In this document: piece by piece, positions 26,868 through 36,925 of the stretch
Position numbering within the stretch: position 1 is the first letter of the stretch
How the letters are laid out: each line of letters opens with the position of its first letter
NCBI GenBank assembly: GCA_041690595.1
Contig: JAWLHB010000009.1
Location: 142,538-206,537 of the forward strand
Reading direction: 5' to 3'
Source of the DNA: Lentisphaeria bacterium
Lineage (GTDB): Bacteria > Verrucomicrobiota > Lentisphaeria > JABSQK01 > JAWLHB01
DNA length: 64,000 bases
Notes under the pieces: model-generated
The model's database searches: none
Told to the model about the DNA's origin: nothing
What the model saw: the letters and a program-made list of their open reading frames with translations, nothing else
Made by a program: the position numbers and the translations under genes

Positions 26868-27608
26868 ATGAAACTGAAAGATCGAGTCGCCATCGTCACC
26901 GGTGGTGCGCAAGGCATCGGCAAGGCGATCAGTCGCCGTCTAGCCGACGAAGGCGCCAAGCTGGCCATCGTCGACATCAACCTTCAGGTCGCCCAGCAGA
27001 CCGCTTCGGAGTTCGCCGCCAGCGGCGTGGAAGCGCGTGCCTACCAGGCCAATGTCGTCAAATTCGACGATGTGGATGCCATGGTCAAGCAGGTGATCGA
27101 CGACTTTGGCTCACTGGATATTCTCGTCAACAACGCCGGCATCACCAAGGATGATTTGATCATCCGGATGAAGGAAGACGCCTGGGACGCGGTCATCGCC
27201 GTCAACCTCAAAGGGGTCTTCAACTGCACCAAGGCGGTCGCCCGGCCGATGATGAAGTCGCGCTACGGCAAGATCGTCAACATCGCCTCCGTCGTCGGCG
27301 TCATGGGCAATGCGGGTCAGGCGAACTACGCGGCCAGCAAGGCCGGCGTCATCGGCTTGACCAAGTCGACGGCCAAGGAGCTGGCATCGCGGAACATCAA
27401 CGTCAATGCGGTGGCCCCCGGTTACATCCAGACCGAGATGACTGCCCACCTCTCGGACGAGCAGAAGGCGATGTTCCTGCAGAATTCGCCCATCAAGCGA
27501 CCAGGCAGCCCGGAAGACGTTGCGGCTGTCGTCGCCTTCCTGGCGAGCGCCGACGCCGATTTCGTGACCGGTCAGACCATCAACGTCGATGGCGGGCTGG
27601 TTATGTAG
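26868..27608 (+). CDS. fabG: 3-oxoacyl-ACP reductase
   Basis: TGGAQGIG, NNAGITKD, GNAGQANYAASK; fab context. Confidence 0.95.
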   Translation: MKLKDRVAIVTGGAQGIGKAISRRLADEGAKLAIVDINLQVAQQTASEFAASGVEARAYQANVVKFDDVDAMVKQVIDDFGSLDILVNNAGITKDDLIIRMKEDAWDAVIAVNLKGVFNCTKAVARPMMKSRYGKIVNIASVVGVMGNAGQANYAASKAGVIGLTKSTAKELASRNINVNAVAPGYIQTEMTAHLSDEQKAMFLQNSPIKRPGSPEDVAAVVAFLASADADFVTGQTINVDGGLVM

Positions 27609-27616
27609 AAAGCGAT

Positions 27617-27646
27617 TTGACTTTTGGTCCGGTAATCCCATATTAC
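27617..27646 (+). promoter_or_regulatory. Possible internal sigma70 promoter for acpP
   Basis: TTGACT at 27617 followed 16-18 bp later by CATATT/TATTAC in an AT-rich spacer. Confidence 0.35.
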
Positions 27647-27724
27647 CGTTCTATCCAAACGCTTTCTTTGCTCAAAAACTTGTTTTTGACCACCCTTAGT
27701 CATGGTAAATCTGGAGGATAACGA

Positions 27725-27964
27725 ATGGCTTCTATTGCAGACCGCGTGAAAGAGATTGTGGCCGATCAGCTTGGTGTGAGTGCGGACCGGGTTACGCCGG
27801 ACGCGAAGTTTATCGACGACCTTGGTGCTGACTCCCTCGACACCGTCGAGCTGGTTATGGCACTGGAAGAAGAATTCGGAGCCGAAATTCCTGACGAGGA
27901 CGCGGAGAATCTGCGGACCGTCCAGGATGCTATCACCTATATCGAGCAGAACTGCAAGGCCTGA
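27725..27964 (+). CDS. acpP: Acyl carrier protein
   Basis: [20 protein letters not shown]; GGAGG SD. Confidence 0.97.
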   Translation: MASIADRVKEIVADQLGVSADRVTPDAKFIDDLGADSLDTVELVMALEEEFGAEIPDEDAENLRTVQDAITYIEQNCKA

Positions 27965-28047
27965 GTCGCCTGAGTTTTGCCGTTTGGCTGCCTTCAGTGG
28001 CGATTCCCGCTGATCTCAACCGCAATCTTTCCTAATTGCCTTAGTTT

Positions 28048-29295
28048 ATGTCATTCTCTAAACGCGTGGTCATCACCGGAACCGGTGCTGTAAGCAGTCT
28101 CGGAAATTCCGTCGATGCATTGTGGCAGGGCGTCATCAGCGGACGCAGTGGTATTGGACCGATCACTCAGTTCGATGCCACCGAATATCGCTCCCGTATC
28201 GCCGGCGAAGTGAGGGATTTTGACGTGACGAGCGTCATCCCCGCTAAAGACGCGAAACGGTACGATCCCTTCTGCCATTATGCTCTGGCTGCTGCCGATG
28301 AGGCACTGAAGGAAGCCAAACTCGATCTCGATTCCACGGACAAGAGCCGCATCGGCGTCTTTGTCGGCAGTGGAATCGGGGGCATCCTGACCCTCGAAGC
28401 CCAGCTGAGGCGCTTCGTTGAAGGCGGCCCCGGCAAAGTCTCTCCGTTTCTTATTCCCATGATGATTGGGGACATGGCGGCCGGCAGCATCTCGATGTTG
28501 TTCGGCGCCAACGGCCCGAACTTCAGTATCGTGAGCGCCTGCGCCACGGCTACCCATTCCATTGGGGAAGCCTTCTGGTGCATCAAGCGCGGCGATGCGG
28601 ACGTCATGTTCGCCGGCGGGGCCGAAGCGTGTATTTCGCGCATTGGCATAGCCGGTTTCTGCGCCATGAAGGCGCTCTCCGAACGTAATGACGATCCACT
28701 GCACGCCAGTCGTCCGTTCGACGCGGGCCGCGACGGTTTTGTCATTGGCGAAGGCGCCGGTGTCGTGTTGCTGGAAGGTCTCGATCATGCCCAGGCGCGC
28801 GGCGCCAGAATCCTCGCCGAAGTGGTTGGCTATGGAGCCAGCGCGGACGCTCATCATCTGACCGCACCCTGCCCCGGTGGGGAGGGTGCTGCTCTTGCCT
28901 TGACCGCGGCCATGAAGTGCGGCGGTTTGAAGCCGGAGGATATCGGTTATATTAACGCCCATGGAACAAGTACGCCGCTCAATGACAAGTACGAGACTAT
29001 GGCGGTGAAGCGCGCACTTGGCGATCATGCCTACAAGGTGCCCGTGACCAGCACGAAAGCGTTGACTGGACATGCCCTTGGAGCCGCGGGCGGCCTCGAA
29101 ACCATTATCTGTGTCAAGGTCCTCAACGAAGGCATTATTCCCGGAACCTATAACCACGAGACTCCGGACCCCGACTGCGATCTGCAGATCTTGCCGAATC
29201 AGAACCTGAAGGCGGATGTAAAAGTGGCTTTGAATTCCAACTTTGGGTTTGGGGGGCACAACGGCGTCCTGGCGCTCCGCAAATATGAAGACTGA
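28048..29295 (+). CDS. fabF: Beta-ketoacyl-ACP synthase II
   Basis: SACAT, NAHGTST, GHALGAAG, NFGFGGHN. Confidence 0.96.
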   Translation: MSFSKRVVITGTGAVSSLGNSVDALWQGVISGRSGIGPITQFDATEYRSRIAGEVRDFDVTSVIPAKDAKRYDPFCHYALAAADEALKEAKLDLDSTDKSRIGVFVGSGIGGILTLEAQLRRFVEGGPGKVSPFLIPMMIGDMAAGSISMLFGANGPNFSIVSACATATHSIGEAFWCIKRGDADVMFAGGAEACISRIGIAGFCAMKALSERNDDPLHASRPFDAGRDGFVIGEGAGVVLLEGLDHAQARGARILAEVVGYGASADAHHLTAPCPGGEGAALALTAAMKCGGLKPEDIGYINAHGTSTPLNDKYETMAVKRALGDHAYKVPVTSTKALTGHALGAAGGLETIICVKVLNEGIIPGTYNHETPDPDCDLQILPNQNLKADVKVALNSNFGFGGHNGVLALRKYED

Positions 29296-30043
29296 TGCAT
29301 CCGGAGAGCGATCCGCGCTGCCGCGCGCCGCTCTTCGCCCATATCTGGCGGCATTGCTGCTCGGGCTTCTTTACGGGAGCGGCTGCGCCACCCAAGACTC
29401 TCCCGCACTGACCGCGCCTTCGCAGGTCGCGGAGCGGGACGAGTGGGCTGCCGTATTGCGCCGCTGGTATCCGGAATGGGAGCATGACGGAGCAGTGGAG
29501 GAGGAGCGTGTTCCACTTACCGACGAACAATTGCTCTGGGCTTACCGGTTGCGGCAGTGGTATCCCGACTGGCAGCCGTCGCCGCTGCCGCAAGCCGTGC
29601 GCTCATCGTCATCGACCTTCCGGCAGCCGCACCGGCGCGAGAGCGCGGCGCCGCCCGCCAGCCGCGCGCCTCGGGTGCAACCGACGCCTGCCGTGGCGCC
29701 GCCCCCGTCAGCCGCCGTGGAAGCTCCCAAGCCTGACGCCAAGGCCCTGCCGGCGCTGAGTATCCAGATCCCCGCTCCTGCCCCCGATCCCGATCCCGAT
29801 CCTGGCGCTGCCGGTCCGTCCGGTGAGACTCCTGCCCAGTTGCAGCCTTTCAAGATCGTTCCGGAAGGCGAAGCCAACACCACTGCGAGGAGTTACGTGA
29901 TTCAACGCGGCGATACCCTTTCGCGGATCGCGGAGAAGTTCTATGGCGACGCAGGGGAATGGCGGCGCATTCGTGACGCCAATCGGAACCTCATCACCAA
30001 TCCGAATCAACTGACCGCGGGCGTTACGATCCGGATTCCCTGA
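29285..30043 (+). CDS. LysM-domain lipoprotein
   Basis: Lipobox-like LLYGSG|C, Pro/Ala linker, C-terminal LysM YVIQRGDTLSRIA..FYG...W..I..AN...I.NPN.L..G..IRIP. Confidence 0.85.
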   Translation: MKTDASGERSALPRAALRPYLAALLLGLLYGSGCATQDSPALTAPSQVAERDEWAAVLRRWYPEWEHDGAVEEERVPLTDEQLLWAYRLRQWYPDWQPSPLPQAVRSSSSTFRQPHRRESAAPPASRAPRVQPTPAVAPPPSAAVEAPKPDAKALPALSIQIPAPAPDPDPDPGAAGPSGETPAQLQPFKIVPEGEANTTARSYVIQRGDTLSRIAEKFYGDAGEWRRIRDANRNLITNPNQLTAGVTIRIP

Positions 30044-30075
30044 TCGTCGTAACTCCTTCCTGGACAGATGCCGTC

Positions 30076-32583
30076 ATGTCTTTTCTCAAGCTATTCAAAT
30101 GGCGCAAGCGCAGCGAGTTGGAGCGTAAAGGCCCCGCCAGCAAGAAGCGCCGCAACGGCGACACGGCCACACAGGTCATTCGCCGCCCGGTGATGGGGCG
30201 TGTCCTTCCCAGCCTGGTGGTTCTGCTTACCTGGCTGGTCTGCGCCTTTACCATCCTTTATCGCGCCCCCCAGAACACGCTCGACCTGGTACGCGGCCAG
30301 CGCTCGCCCACCAGCGTCGTCGCGCAGGTCGACTTCTCCTATATCGACGAGGCCGAGACCCAGGAGGCGCGGCAGCGCGAGGCCCAGAAGGTCCTCGACT
30401 ATTACCGCCTCGATACCACCCGGAAGGAGCAGAGCCTGCAGGCCTTCCAGCGCCTCTTCGACTTTCTTCAACAGGAGAGCGAAGGACCACCGCCGGCTGG
30501 CGGTAGTGATACCCTGGCTGCCGTGCTGGACAATCTTGGTGAGCGCGAGCGCGCCGTATTGATCGCCATTTTTCGTGATGCGGACAACCAACGCACCTTC
30601 CTGGAGACGCTGAACGATTATCTGCAGAATGGTGTGGTCCAGGCGGACAAGGAGTGGATCACCGACCGCACCGAGCGCATCATTGTCGTCGATCAGCACA
30701 ATCGTAAGCCGCTCGATCAAAGCAAGCAGGGTGTGAGCACGTCGGACTTGCTCACACCTGAAGCCGCCGCGGCTAAAGCGCTCGATAGTGTGATCGGCAA
30801 TCGCGGGCGAATCGACGGCATCGATCTCAGGGGGTTGAATCTGGCGGCGGCACTCGCGCCTCTGGTCAAGCCCAACCTCGCGTTCGATGCCGATCTGCGG
30901 CGGGTGGCGCGCGAGCAGGCGATGGAGCGTGTGCAGCCGGAGATGCGGCTGGTCAACAAGGGAACCGTCTTCATTGCCCGCGGCAGCACCGTCAGCGAGC
31001 AGGATATCAACAAGCTGAAAGCGCATGCGCTGATGATCGAATCGAGCCGCGACCTCATGCTGGAGATGAAGCAGGACATCAAGCTTCTCGTCATCAGCCT
31101 GCTGTTGCTGCTGATCGCTGCCATCTATGTGCGGCATCAGCATCCAGAGCTGGTGGCCCGCAAGCTCAGCCTGATCATGCTGGGGACGGTTGGCTCGCTG
31201 CAGCTGCTGATTGTCTGGGCAACCGAGGAGGCGATGCACTTCTTCCAGGCGGGGATACCGGTCTTCGTCTATCCGGCGCTGCCCTTGACCCTGGCGCCGT
31301 TGCTGCTGGCGCTCCTTGTCGGCAAGAAGGCCGGCCTGAGCGCCGCCATACTGCTGCCACCGCTGATAATCGTGGTGGGAGACAAGCCCTCGGAAGTGCT
31401 TGTCCTCGCGATCGTGACCTCACTGGTCGGGGTTATCGCCATCTACAAGTCGCGGACACGGGTGCAGACCTTTCGCGCGGCCTTGTGGATTCTCCTGGCC
31501 GGCTATCTGGTGGAGGCGGCCTACCTGTTGCACAATGGCCTTCCGTGGCACCACTTCCTTTATGTACTGGGCGTTCTGGCGGCCTCCGCCTTCCTGACGA
31601 TTCTGCTCGTCAATCTGTTGCTGCCTCTCTGCGAGTTTCTCTTCCGGTTGACCACCAACATCAGCTTGCTGGAGTTGAGTGACCTGAATCATCCACTGCT
31701 CAAGCGTCTGCAGCTGGAGGCACCAGGGACCTATCATCATACGCTCATGGTGGCCACCCTCGCCGAGCATGGCGCCCAGGCCGTTGGCGCCAACACGTTG
31801 CTTACCCGTGTCGCGGCTTATTTCCACGATATCGGTAAATTAGCCAACCCCAGCTACTTCACCGAAAACAGTTTCGGCCAGAACCGACACGAGGAACTCA
31901 GCCCCCGAATGAGCTCGATGGTCATCCTCAACCATGTGAAGGAAGGGCTGGCCATGGCAGCCAAGTACAAGCTCAAGGAGCCGATTCGCGAGGCAATTGC
32001 CACTCATCACGGAACCAGTCTCGTCTATTATTTCTATCGCCGCGCGCTCGACAGCAACCAGATCAACGATGCCGCCGATGAGGAAAACTTCCGCTATCCC
32101 GGCCCCGCGCCCCAAAGCCGCGAAGCCAGCATCATCAGCCTCGCCGATTCCTGCGAGGCCGCCTCGCGATCCCTCGAAAAGCCGACTCCCCAGAAGATCG
32201 ACGCACAGGTCGAAGAGATCTTTCACAACAAATTGCTCAACGGCCAGCTCGACCATAGCCAACTGACCATGGCCGAACTCAAGATCGTCGTCGAAACCAT
32301 AAAGAAAACCCTCCACACGATGCTCCATGGAAGAGTCGCTTATCCCAAATTCTCCGATACTGAACCTGGTGAACAGGCAAAGAAAACAGCCGCTCGCAAA
32401 CCGCGAAGTGCTGATGAAGGCACTGAGACGGTCGATGAGCCGCGTCGACCTCAGCCGGAAGCCGGTGGCGGATCGACCGACGCCAGTGACCGTGCCGCCT
32501 CCATTCGCGGAGGCGACACCATCATCATCGAACCTGGAACTTATGATAACCCTGATCGGAAAGAAGCGGATCGGTTACATTAA
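30076..32583 (+). CDS. 7TM-HD (HDIG) phosphohydrolase, PgpH/YqfF-like
   Basis: Extracellular 7TM-HD domain, TM bundle, EAPGTYHH, HDIGK, HHGT, FRYPGP.P, LADSCEAASRS. Confidence 0.92.
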   Translation: MSFLKLFKWRKRSELERKGPASKKRRNGDTATQVIRRPVMGRVLPSLVVLLTWLVCAFTILYRAPQNTLDLVRGQRSPTSVVAQVDFSYIDEAETQEARQREAQKVLDYYRLDTTRKEQSLQAFQRLFDFLQQESEGPPPAGGSDTLAAVLDNLGERERAVLIAIFRDADNQRTFLETLNDYLQNGVVQADKEWITDRTERIIVVDQHNRKPLDQSKQGVSTSDLLTPEAAAAKALDSVIGNRGRIDGIDLRGLNLAAALAPLVKPNLAFDADLRRVAREQAMERVQPEMRLVNKGTVFIARGSTVSEQDINKLKAHALMIESSRDLMLEMKQDIKLLVISLLLLLIAAIYVRHQHPELVARKLSLIMLGTVGSLQLLIVWATEEAMHFFQAGIPVFVYPALPLTLAPLLLALLVGKKAGLSAAILLPPLIIVVGDKPSEVLVLAIVTSLVGVIAIYKSRTRVQTFRAALWILLAGYLVEAAYLLHNGLPWHHFLYVLGVLAASAFLTILLVNLLLPLCEFLFRLTTNISLLELSDLNHPLLKRLQLEAPGTYHHTLMVATLAEHGAQAVGANTLLTRVAAYFHDIGKLANPSYFTENSFGQNRHEELSPRMSSMVILNHVKEGLAMAAKYKLKEPIREAIATHHGTSLVYYFYRRALDSNQINDAADEENFRYPGPAPQSREASIISLADSCEAASRSLEKPTPQKIDAQVEEIFHNKLLNGQLDHSQLTMAELKIVVETIKKTLHTMLHGRVAYPKFSDTEPGEQAKKTAARKPRSADEGTETVDEPRRPQPEAGGGSTDASDRAASIRGGDTIIIEPGTYDNPDRKEADRLH

Positions 32584-32902
32584 CCAGGCGTTTCTTGGCC
32601 ATCACGGAGCCACTGATGTCATCACGTTCGACTATCGTTCCGACGGTTCGCCTGCTGAGGGTGACAGCGAGGAGGCAACCGTCATCGGCGACATTCTCGT
32701 CTGCCCTGAAGTGGCCGCCGAGGCGGCAACAGTCGCCGGGACGAGTGTCGGCTACGAAGTGGTGCTCTACGCCATACATGGCATGCTGCACCTTGCCGGA
32801 TATGACGATCACGAGGTGGCGGATGTCGCCGCCATGCGCGAGGCCGAGTCCTCGATCATGAACGACCTTTGCCATCATTACAACCTGGACAGCATCTTCT
32901 GA
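32327..32902 (+). CDS. ybeY: rRNA maturation endoribonuclease YbeY
   Basis: N..FLGH.GATDVITF, GDI.VCP, HGMLHLAGYDDH. Start uncertain (ATG 32327 or downstream CTG/GTG/ATG codons). Confidence 0.9.
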   Translation: MEESLIPNSPILNLVNRQRKQPLANREVLMKALRRSMSRVDLSRKPVADRPTPVTVPPPFAEATPSSSNLELMITLIGKKRIGYINQAFLGHHGATDVITFDYRSDGSPAEGDSEEATVIGDILVCPEVAAEAATVAGTSVGYEVVLYAIHGMLHLAGYDDHEVADVAAMREAESSIMNDLCHHYNLDSIF

Positions 32903-32971
32903 TGCATCCGGCGGCGAAGGGCAACCTGCCTTCACCGTCCTCATTTCTAGTTGGAGACGCTCTCGCAACGT

Positions 32972-34285
32972 ATGCAACCTGAGTACTTGCTGATACTGCT
33001 GCTGAACCTGGCACTGGGTACCTGGCTGACCGCCGTGTCAACCGCGGTGACAGAGCTAAGCTGGGGGAAGATCAAAAAACTGGATGCTCAGAAGAAGCGT
33101 CACCTGATTTCGATGGCGGAGACGTTGCTGGAGGGACGCCGCGAGCACATTCTCGCGCTGCGGCTGCTCAGTCTGGCCAACATCGTCCTCTTCGCCATCC
33201 TCTGCTATCGGCAGCTGTATCCATTTCTGATGGAGGCAACGCCGGCTGGAATTGCCATCAGTGCAGCGATCACGACGTTGAGCTTTCTTCTGGTCACGGA
33301 GATCGCGGGAAACGGGCTGCTCGCCTCGCACCCGTGGTCGCTTCTCTACGTGTCGCATCCGCCGGTGAGACTCATCTACTTCATCCTCTTCCCGCTGGTG
33401 CAGCCGACTCTCTGGCTCCAGGAGCATGTCCACAGCCTGCATGAGCTGGAAGACGAAGAGGAAAAGACGACCACGGCCGACGAGATCATCTCCCTTGTGG
33501 AGCAGGACGCCCATGAGGAAGACGAGGAGAGCGATCTGGAGGACAGCGAAAGGCGGATGATCCGCGGCATCTTCGATCTGGACGAGACTCTGGTCAAGGA
33601 GATCATGAGCCCGCGCGTCGATGTCGATGCGCTCAGCATCGGCTCCAGCGTCGCCGAAGCAAAGCGGCTGATCGTCGCCTGCGGCCACAGCCGTATCCCC
33701 ATCTATCGCGATTCCATCGATCACATTGTCGGCATCGTCTATGCGAAGGATCTGCTCAATGACGACCGCATCGGCGTCGATGGGCAACTCGACACCTTCC
33801 TGCACGAGCCGGTCTTTGTGCCCGAGACGAAGAACATCGGCGATTTGCTCGACGAGTTCAAGCAGAGCAAGAAGCAGATTGCGGTCATCATCGACGAGTA
33901 CGGCGGCACGGCCGGGCTGGTGACGATCGAGGACATCCTCGAAGAGATCGTCGGTGAGATCCGCGATGAGTACGACATGCATGAAGTGGAAGAACTGTAT
34001 ACGATCGACGCCGAGGGGCGAGTTGCCGCGGATGCCCGCACCCCCATCGACGAGATCAACGAGCTGCTGAACGTCAACATCCCGGAAGATGAAGACTATG
34101 ATACGATCGGCGGCTACATCAGCAGCAAGCTCGGTCGAATCCCCCGCGCCAGTGAGGTCATCCAGCTCGACAACCTGGAAGTGCAGATCATTGAAGCAGA
34201 CGAGCGGAAGATCGCGCGCCTCAATATCCGGAAGCTTGATCTGGAAGAGCCGGTTTCCGAGAATGGACGCAACGGCACAAAGTGA
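32972..34285 (+). CDS. HlyC/CorC family protein (DUF21-CBS-CorC)
   Basis: N-terminal TMs, VKEIMSPR, HSRIPIY, DEYGGTAGLVTIEDILEEIVGEIRDEYD, YDTIGG. Confidence 0.93.
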   Translation: MQPEYLLILLLNLALGTWLTAVSTAVTELSWGKIKKLDAQKKRHLISMAETLLEGRREHILALRLLSLANIVLFAILCYRQLYPFLMEATPAGIAISAAITTLSFLLVTEIAGNGLLASHPWSLLYVSHPPVRLIYFILFPLVQPTLWLQEHVHSLHELEDEEEKTTTADEIISLVEQDAHEEDEESDLEDSERRMIRGIFDLDETLVKEIMSPRVDVDALSIGSSVAEAKRLIVACGHSRIPIYRDSIDHIVGIVYAKDLLNDDRIGVDGQLDTFLHEPVFVPETKNIGDLLDEFKQSKKQIAVIIDEYGGTAGLVTIEDILEEIVGEIRDEYDMHEVEELYTIDAEGRVAADARTPIDEINELLNVNIPEDEDYDTIGGYISSKLGRIPRASEVIQLDNLEVQIIEADERKIARLNIRKLDLEEPVSENGRNGTK

Positions 34286-34377
34286 CGCGAGTCGTTTGCC
34301 CATGATGCCCGCAGGGGTTATTGTACGCGGACTTTGTTTCAGACGCAATACGCAACCCTCAAGGGCTCTTCTTACCG

Positions 34378-35538
34378 ATGACGCAATCACGTTGGAACTG
34401 GCGCGAAAAGCGGGAAAAAGCCGCCTTTCTGGCAATGGAAGATGGCACTGTCATGCGCGGTTGGGCCTTTGGTGCCCGTGTCGACACCGTCGGCGAGGTC
34501 GTCTTCAACACCGGCATGACCGGATATCAGGAAGTCCTGACCGATCCCTCCTACAGCGGTCAGATTGTCACCATGACCTATACCGAGATCGGCAACACGG
34601 GCATCAATGCCGCCGACGCCGAGTCCCGGCAGACCTTTCTGAGCGGCTTCATCGTACATGAGACCAATGAACCCGCCAACTGGCGTTCCGAGGTGAGCCT
34701 CGACCAGTTCCTCAAGGACCAGAAGGTCCCCGGCATTGGCGGCCTCGATACCCGTGCGCTCACCAGCATGTTGCGCGACAAGGGAACGCAGAAAGCCTTC
34801 CTCTGCGTTACCGGCGAAAAGAGCCCCGAAGAGGGGATCGAGATCGCCCGCCGGTGGCCCGGTCTCGATGGGCAGGATTATGCCAGCAAAGTCACCTGCG
34901 CCGAGATGCACGGCTGGGATCCCGACAATGCCCACACCATCAGTTGGGGAATTGCCGACGATCTGCCGCCCGTCGACCTCAAGCTCGTCGCCTTCGACTA
35001 TGGCATCAAGTGGAACATCCTGCGCTGCCTGCGCAAGCTGGGCATGGACATCACCGTCGTACCCGCCAAGACGAGCGCGGAAGAGGTGCTGGCGCTGAAG
35101 GCGGATGCGGTCTTCTACTCCAACGGCCCCGCCGATCCGGCTGCCGTCCTGTATGCCATCGAGACAGCCCGCCAATTGATCGGCAAGACACCGATCATGG
35201 GTATCTGCCTCGGACACCAGTTGCTGGGGCTGGCGTGCGGCGCCAAGACCTATCGCCTGAAGTTCGGCCATCATGGCTGCAACCATCCGGTGATGGATTT
35301 GGAGACGCGTGCGGTGGAGATCACCACGCAGAACCACAACTTCGCGATCGATCCAGCGAGCATTGAAGCCGCCAATCTGCAGGTGACCCACCTGAACCTG
35401 AACGATCAGACCATCGAGGGCATCCGTCACAGGAGTGAGCCCGTCTTCGCGGTGCAGCACCATCCCGAAGCCGGTCCCGGCCCCCACGACTCGTCCTATC
35501 TCTTTACCCGCTTCAAAGAGCTGATCGCCAAGGCGTAG
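34378..35538 (+). CDS. carA: Carbamoyl-phosphate synthase small subunit
   Basis: GEVVFNTGMTGYQEVLTDPSY, SNGPADP, GICLGHQ, QHHPEAGPGPHD. Confidence 0.96.
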   Translation: MTQSRWNWREKREKAAFLAMEDGTVMRGWAFGARVDTVGEVVFNTGMTGYQEVLTDPSYSGQIVTMTYTEIGNTGINAADAESRQTFLSGFIVHETNEPANWRSEVSLDQFLKDQKVPGIGGLDTRALTSMLRDKGTQKAFLCVTGEKSPEEGIEIARRWPGLDGQDYASKVTCAEMHGWDPDNAHTISWGIADDLPPVDLKLVAFDYGIKWNILRCLRKLGMDITVVPAKTSAEEVLALKADAVFYSNGPADPAAVLYAIETARQLIGKTPIMGICLGHQLLGLACGAKTYRLKFGHHGCNHPVMDLETRAVEITTQNHNFAIDPASIEAANLQVTHLNLNDQTIEGIRHRSEPVFAVQHHPEAGPGPHDSSYLFTRFKELIAKA

Positions 35539-35565
35539 GAGCCGGGTCGGACGAGGGGGACGTTC

Positions 35566-35958
35566 TCAGGGCTGCTCCTGGAGGGGCTTGGGGAGGCGGA
35601 CGGGGCGTTTTTTGTCGACGGAGATGCAGGCGTGGATCGTGTGGCCGGTGGCCAGGAGGGTGCCTTCGCGCCACACTTCGCAGTTGACCTTGATGCGGGT
35701 GCGGCCGAGGGCGGAGGCGCTGCCGCGAATGCTGAGCAGGTCGTCATAGCGGGCTGGGGACTTGTACTCGCAGTGGGCCTCGAGAACGGGCAACTGGAGA
35801 CCGTCGGCCTCCATTTCACGGTAGGTGTAGCCGGCGCCACGCAGGATCTCGTTGCGGACGCGCTCGAAGTAGACGAGGAAGTTGGCGTAGTAAACGACGC
35901 CCATCTGGTCGGAGTCGGCGTAGGGGACGCGGTAATCGATCTGTGCGGTGAAGGGCAC
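35566..35958 (-). CDS. YbgC/FadM family acyl-CoA thioesterase
   Basis: RVPYADSDQMGVVYYANFLVYFE, PARYDD. GTG start at 35958 with GGGAG SD. Confidence 0.9.
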   Translation of the reverse strand: MPFTAQIDYRVPYADSDQMGVVYYANFLVYFERVRNEILRGAGYTYREMEADGLQLPVLEAHCEYKSPARYDDLLSIRGSASALGRTRIKVNCEVWREGTLLATGHTIHACISVDKKRPVRLPKPLQEQP

Positions 35959-35959
35959 G

Positions 35960-36925
35960 TCAGACTCCCTGGTTGTCGAAGCGCAGTTCGCGGGTCGGGC
36001 GCTCGTCGCCGGTGGGCATGGCCAGGGGGCCGTAGAGTTCGGGGCGGCGGGTGCGTATCCAGCGGCGGCCGGTGGCGTTGCGCAGGAGGGAGGCATCGAG
36101 GTCGGCAGTCACCATGAGGTCGGCGGCGCGCCAGCTTTCGGTGAGGATGCGACCATAGCAGTCGAGGATCATGGCATTGCCGGTGCGGATCTCGTCATCG
36201 TCGACGCCGACGCCGTTGGCGAAGGCGAGGAAGAGGCCGGAATCGTGAGCGCGGGCGGGCAGCCAGCGCATCAGCCATCCGCGTCCCTTGCAGCCGTAGA
36301 ACTCGGCCTCGATGGCGGCCGGGTTGGTGTGGCGCTCGTCCCAGAGGCGGCGGTCGATGAGCCCCATGGTATGCGGATCGGGCGTGGTGCAGCCGCCGGT
36401 CTGGTGGGGTGCGAGCAAGAGTTCGGCCCCGTGCAGCGCGGTCATGCGCACATTCTCGACGATGTTGTTGTCGTAGCAGATGAGGATGCCGACGCGGCAA
36501 CCATGGGGGGTATCGAAGACGGTATAGGTGTCGCCGCTCGACATGTGTTCGCTGACAAAGCAATGGAGCTTGCGGTGGCAGGCGAAGGTCCCGTCGGGCA
36601 TGGCCACGACATAGGAGTTGTAGAGGGAGCCATCGACGGCGATTTCAACGAGGCCGGCGCCGATGGTCAGACCATACTGGCGGGAGAGGTCGAGCAATTC
36701 GGCGGTGGAGGGACCTTCGGGGATCGGTTCCGCCAGCGCCACCAGCTGAGCGCGATCGAGATGGCGCAGGTACCAGTAGCCGGTGATGCAGCATTCGGGA
36801 AAGGCGACGATCTGGAGCTTCTGCTCGGCGGCCTGCTGGACAAAGCGCCGGATGACGGCAAGGTTTGCCGCCTTGTCACCATCGCGATGCTCCATCTGGA
36901 CCGCGCCAATGCGAATGTCCTTCAT
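35960..36925 (-). CDS. Nitrilase/carbon-nitrogen hydrolase family protein
   Basis: Catalytic triad motifs FPE, HRKLH and ICYD. Confidence 0.92.
   Translation of the reverse strand: MKDIRIGAVQMEHRDGDKAANLAVIRRFVQQAAEQKLQIVAFPECCITGYWYLRHLDRAQLVALAEPIPEGPSTAELLDLSRQYGLTIGAGLVEIAVDGSLYNSYVVAMPDGTFACHRKLHCFVSEHMSSGDTYTVFDTPHGCRVGILICYDNNIVENVRMTALHGAELLLAPHQTGGCTTPDPHTMGLIDRRLWDERHTNPAAIEAEFYGCKGRGWLMRWLPARAHDSGLFLAFANGVGVDDDEIRTGNAMILDCYGRILTESWRAADLMVTADLDASLLRNATGRRWIRTRRPELYGPLAMPTGDERPTRELRFDNQGV

Noticed and set aside
32910-32940. Hairpin between ybeY and the corC-like gene
   Set aside because: Imperfect stem with no immediate poly-U; not enough to call a terminator.
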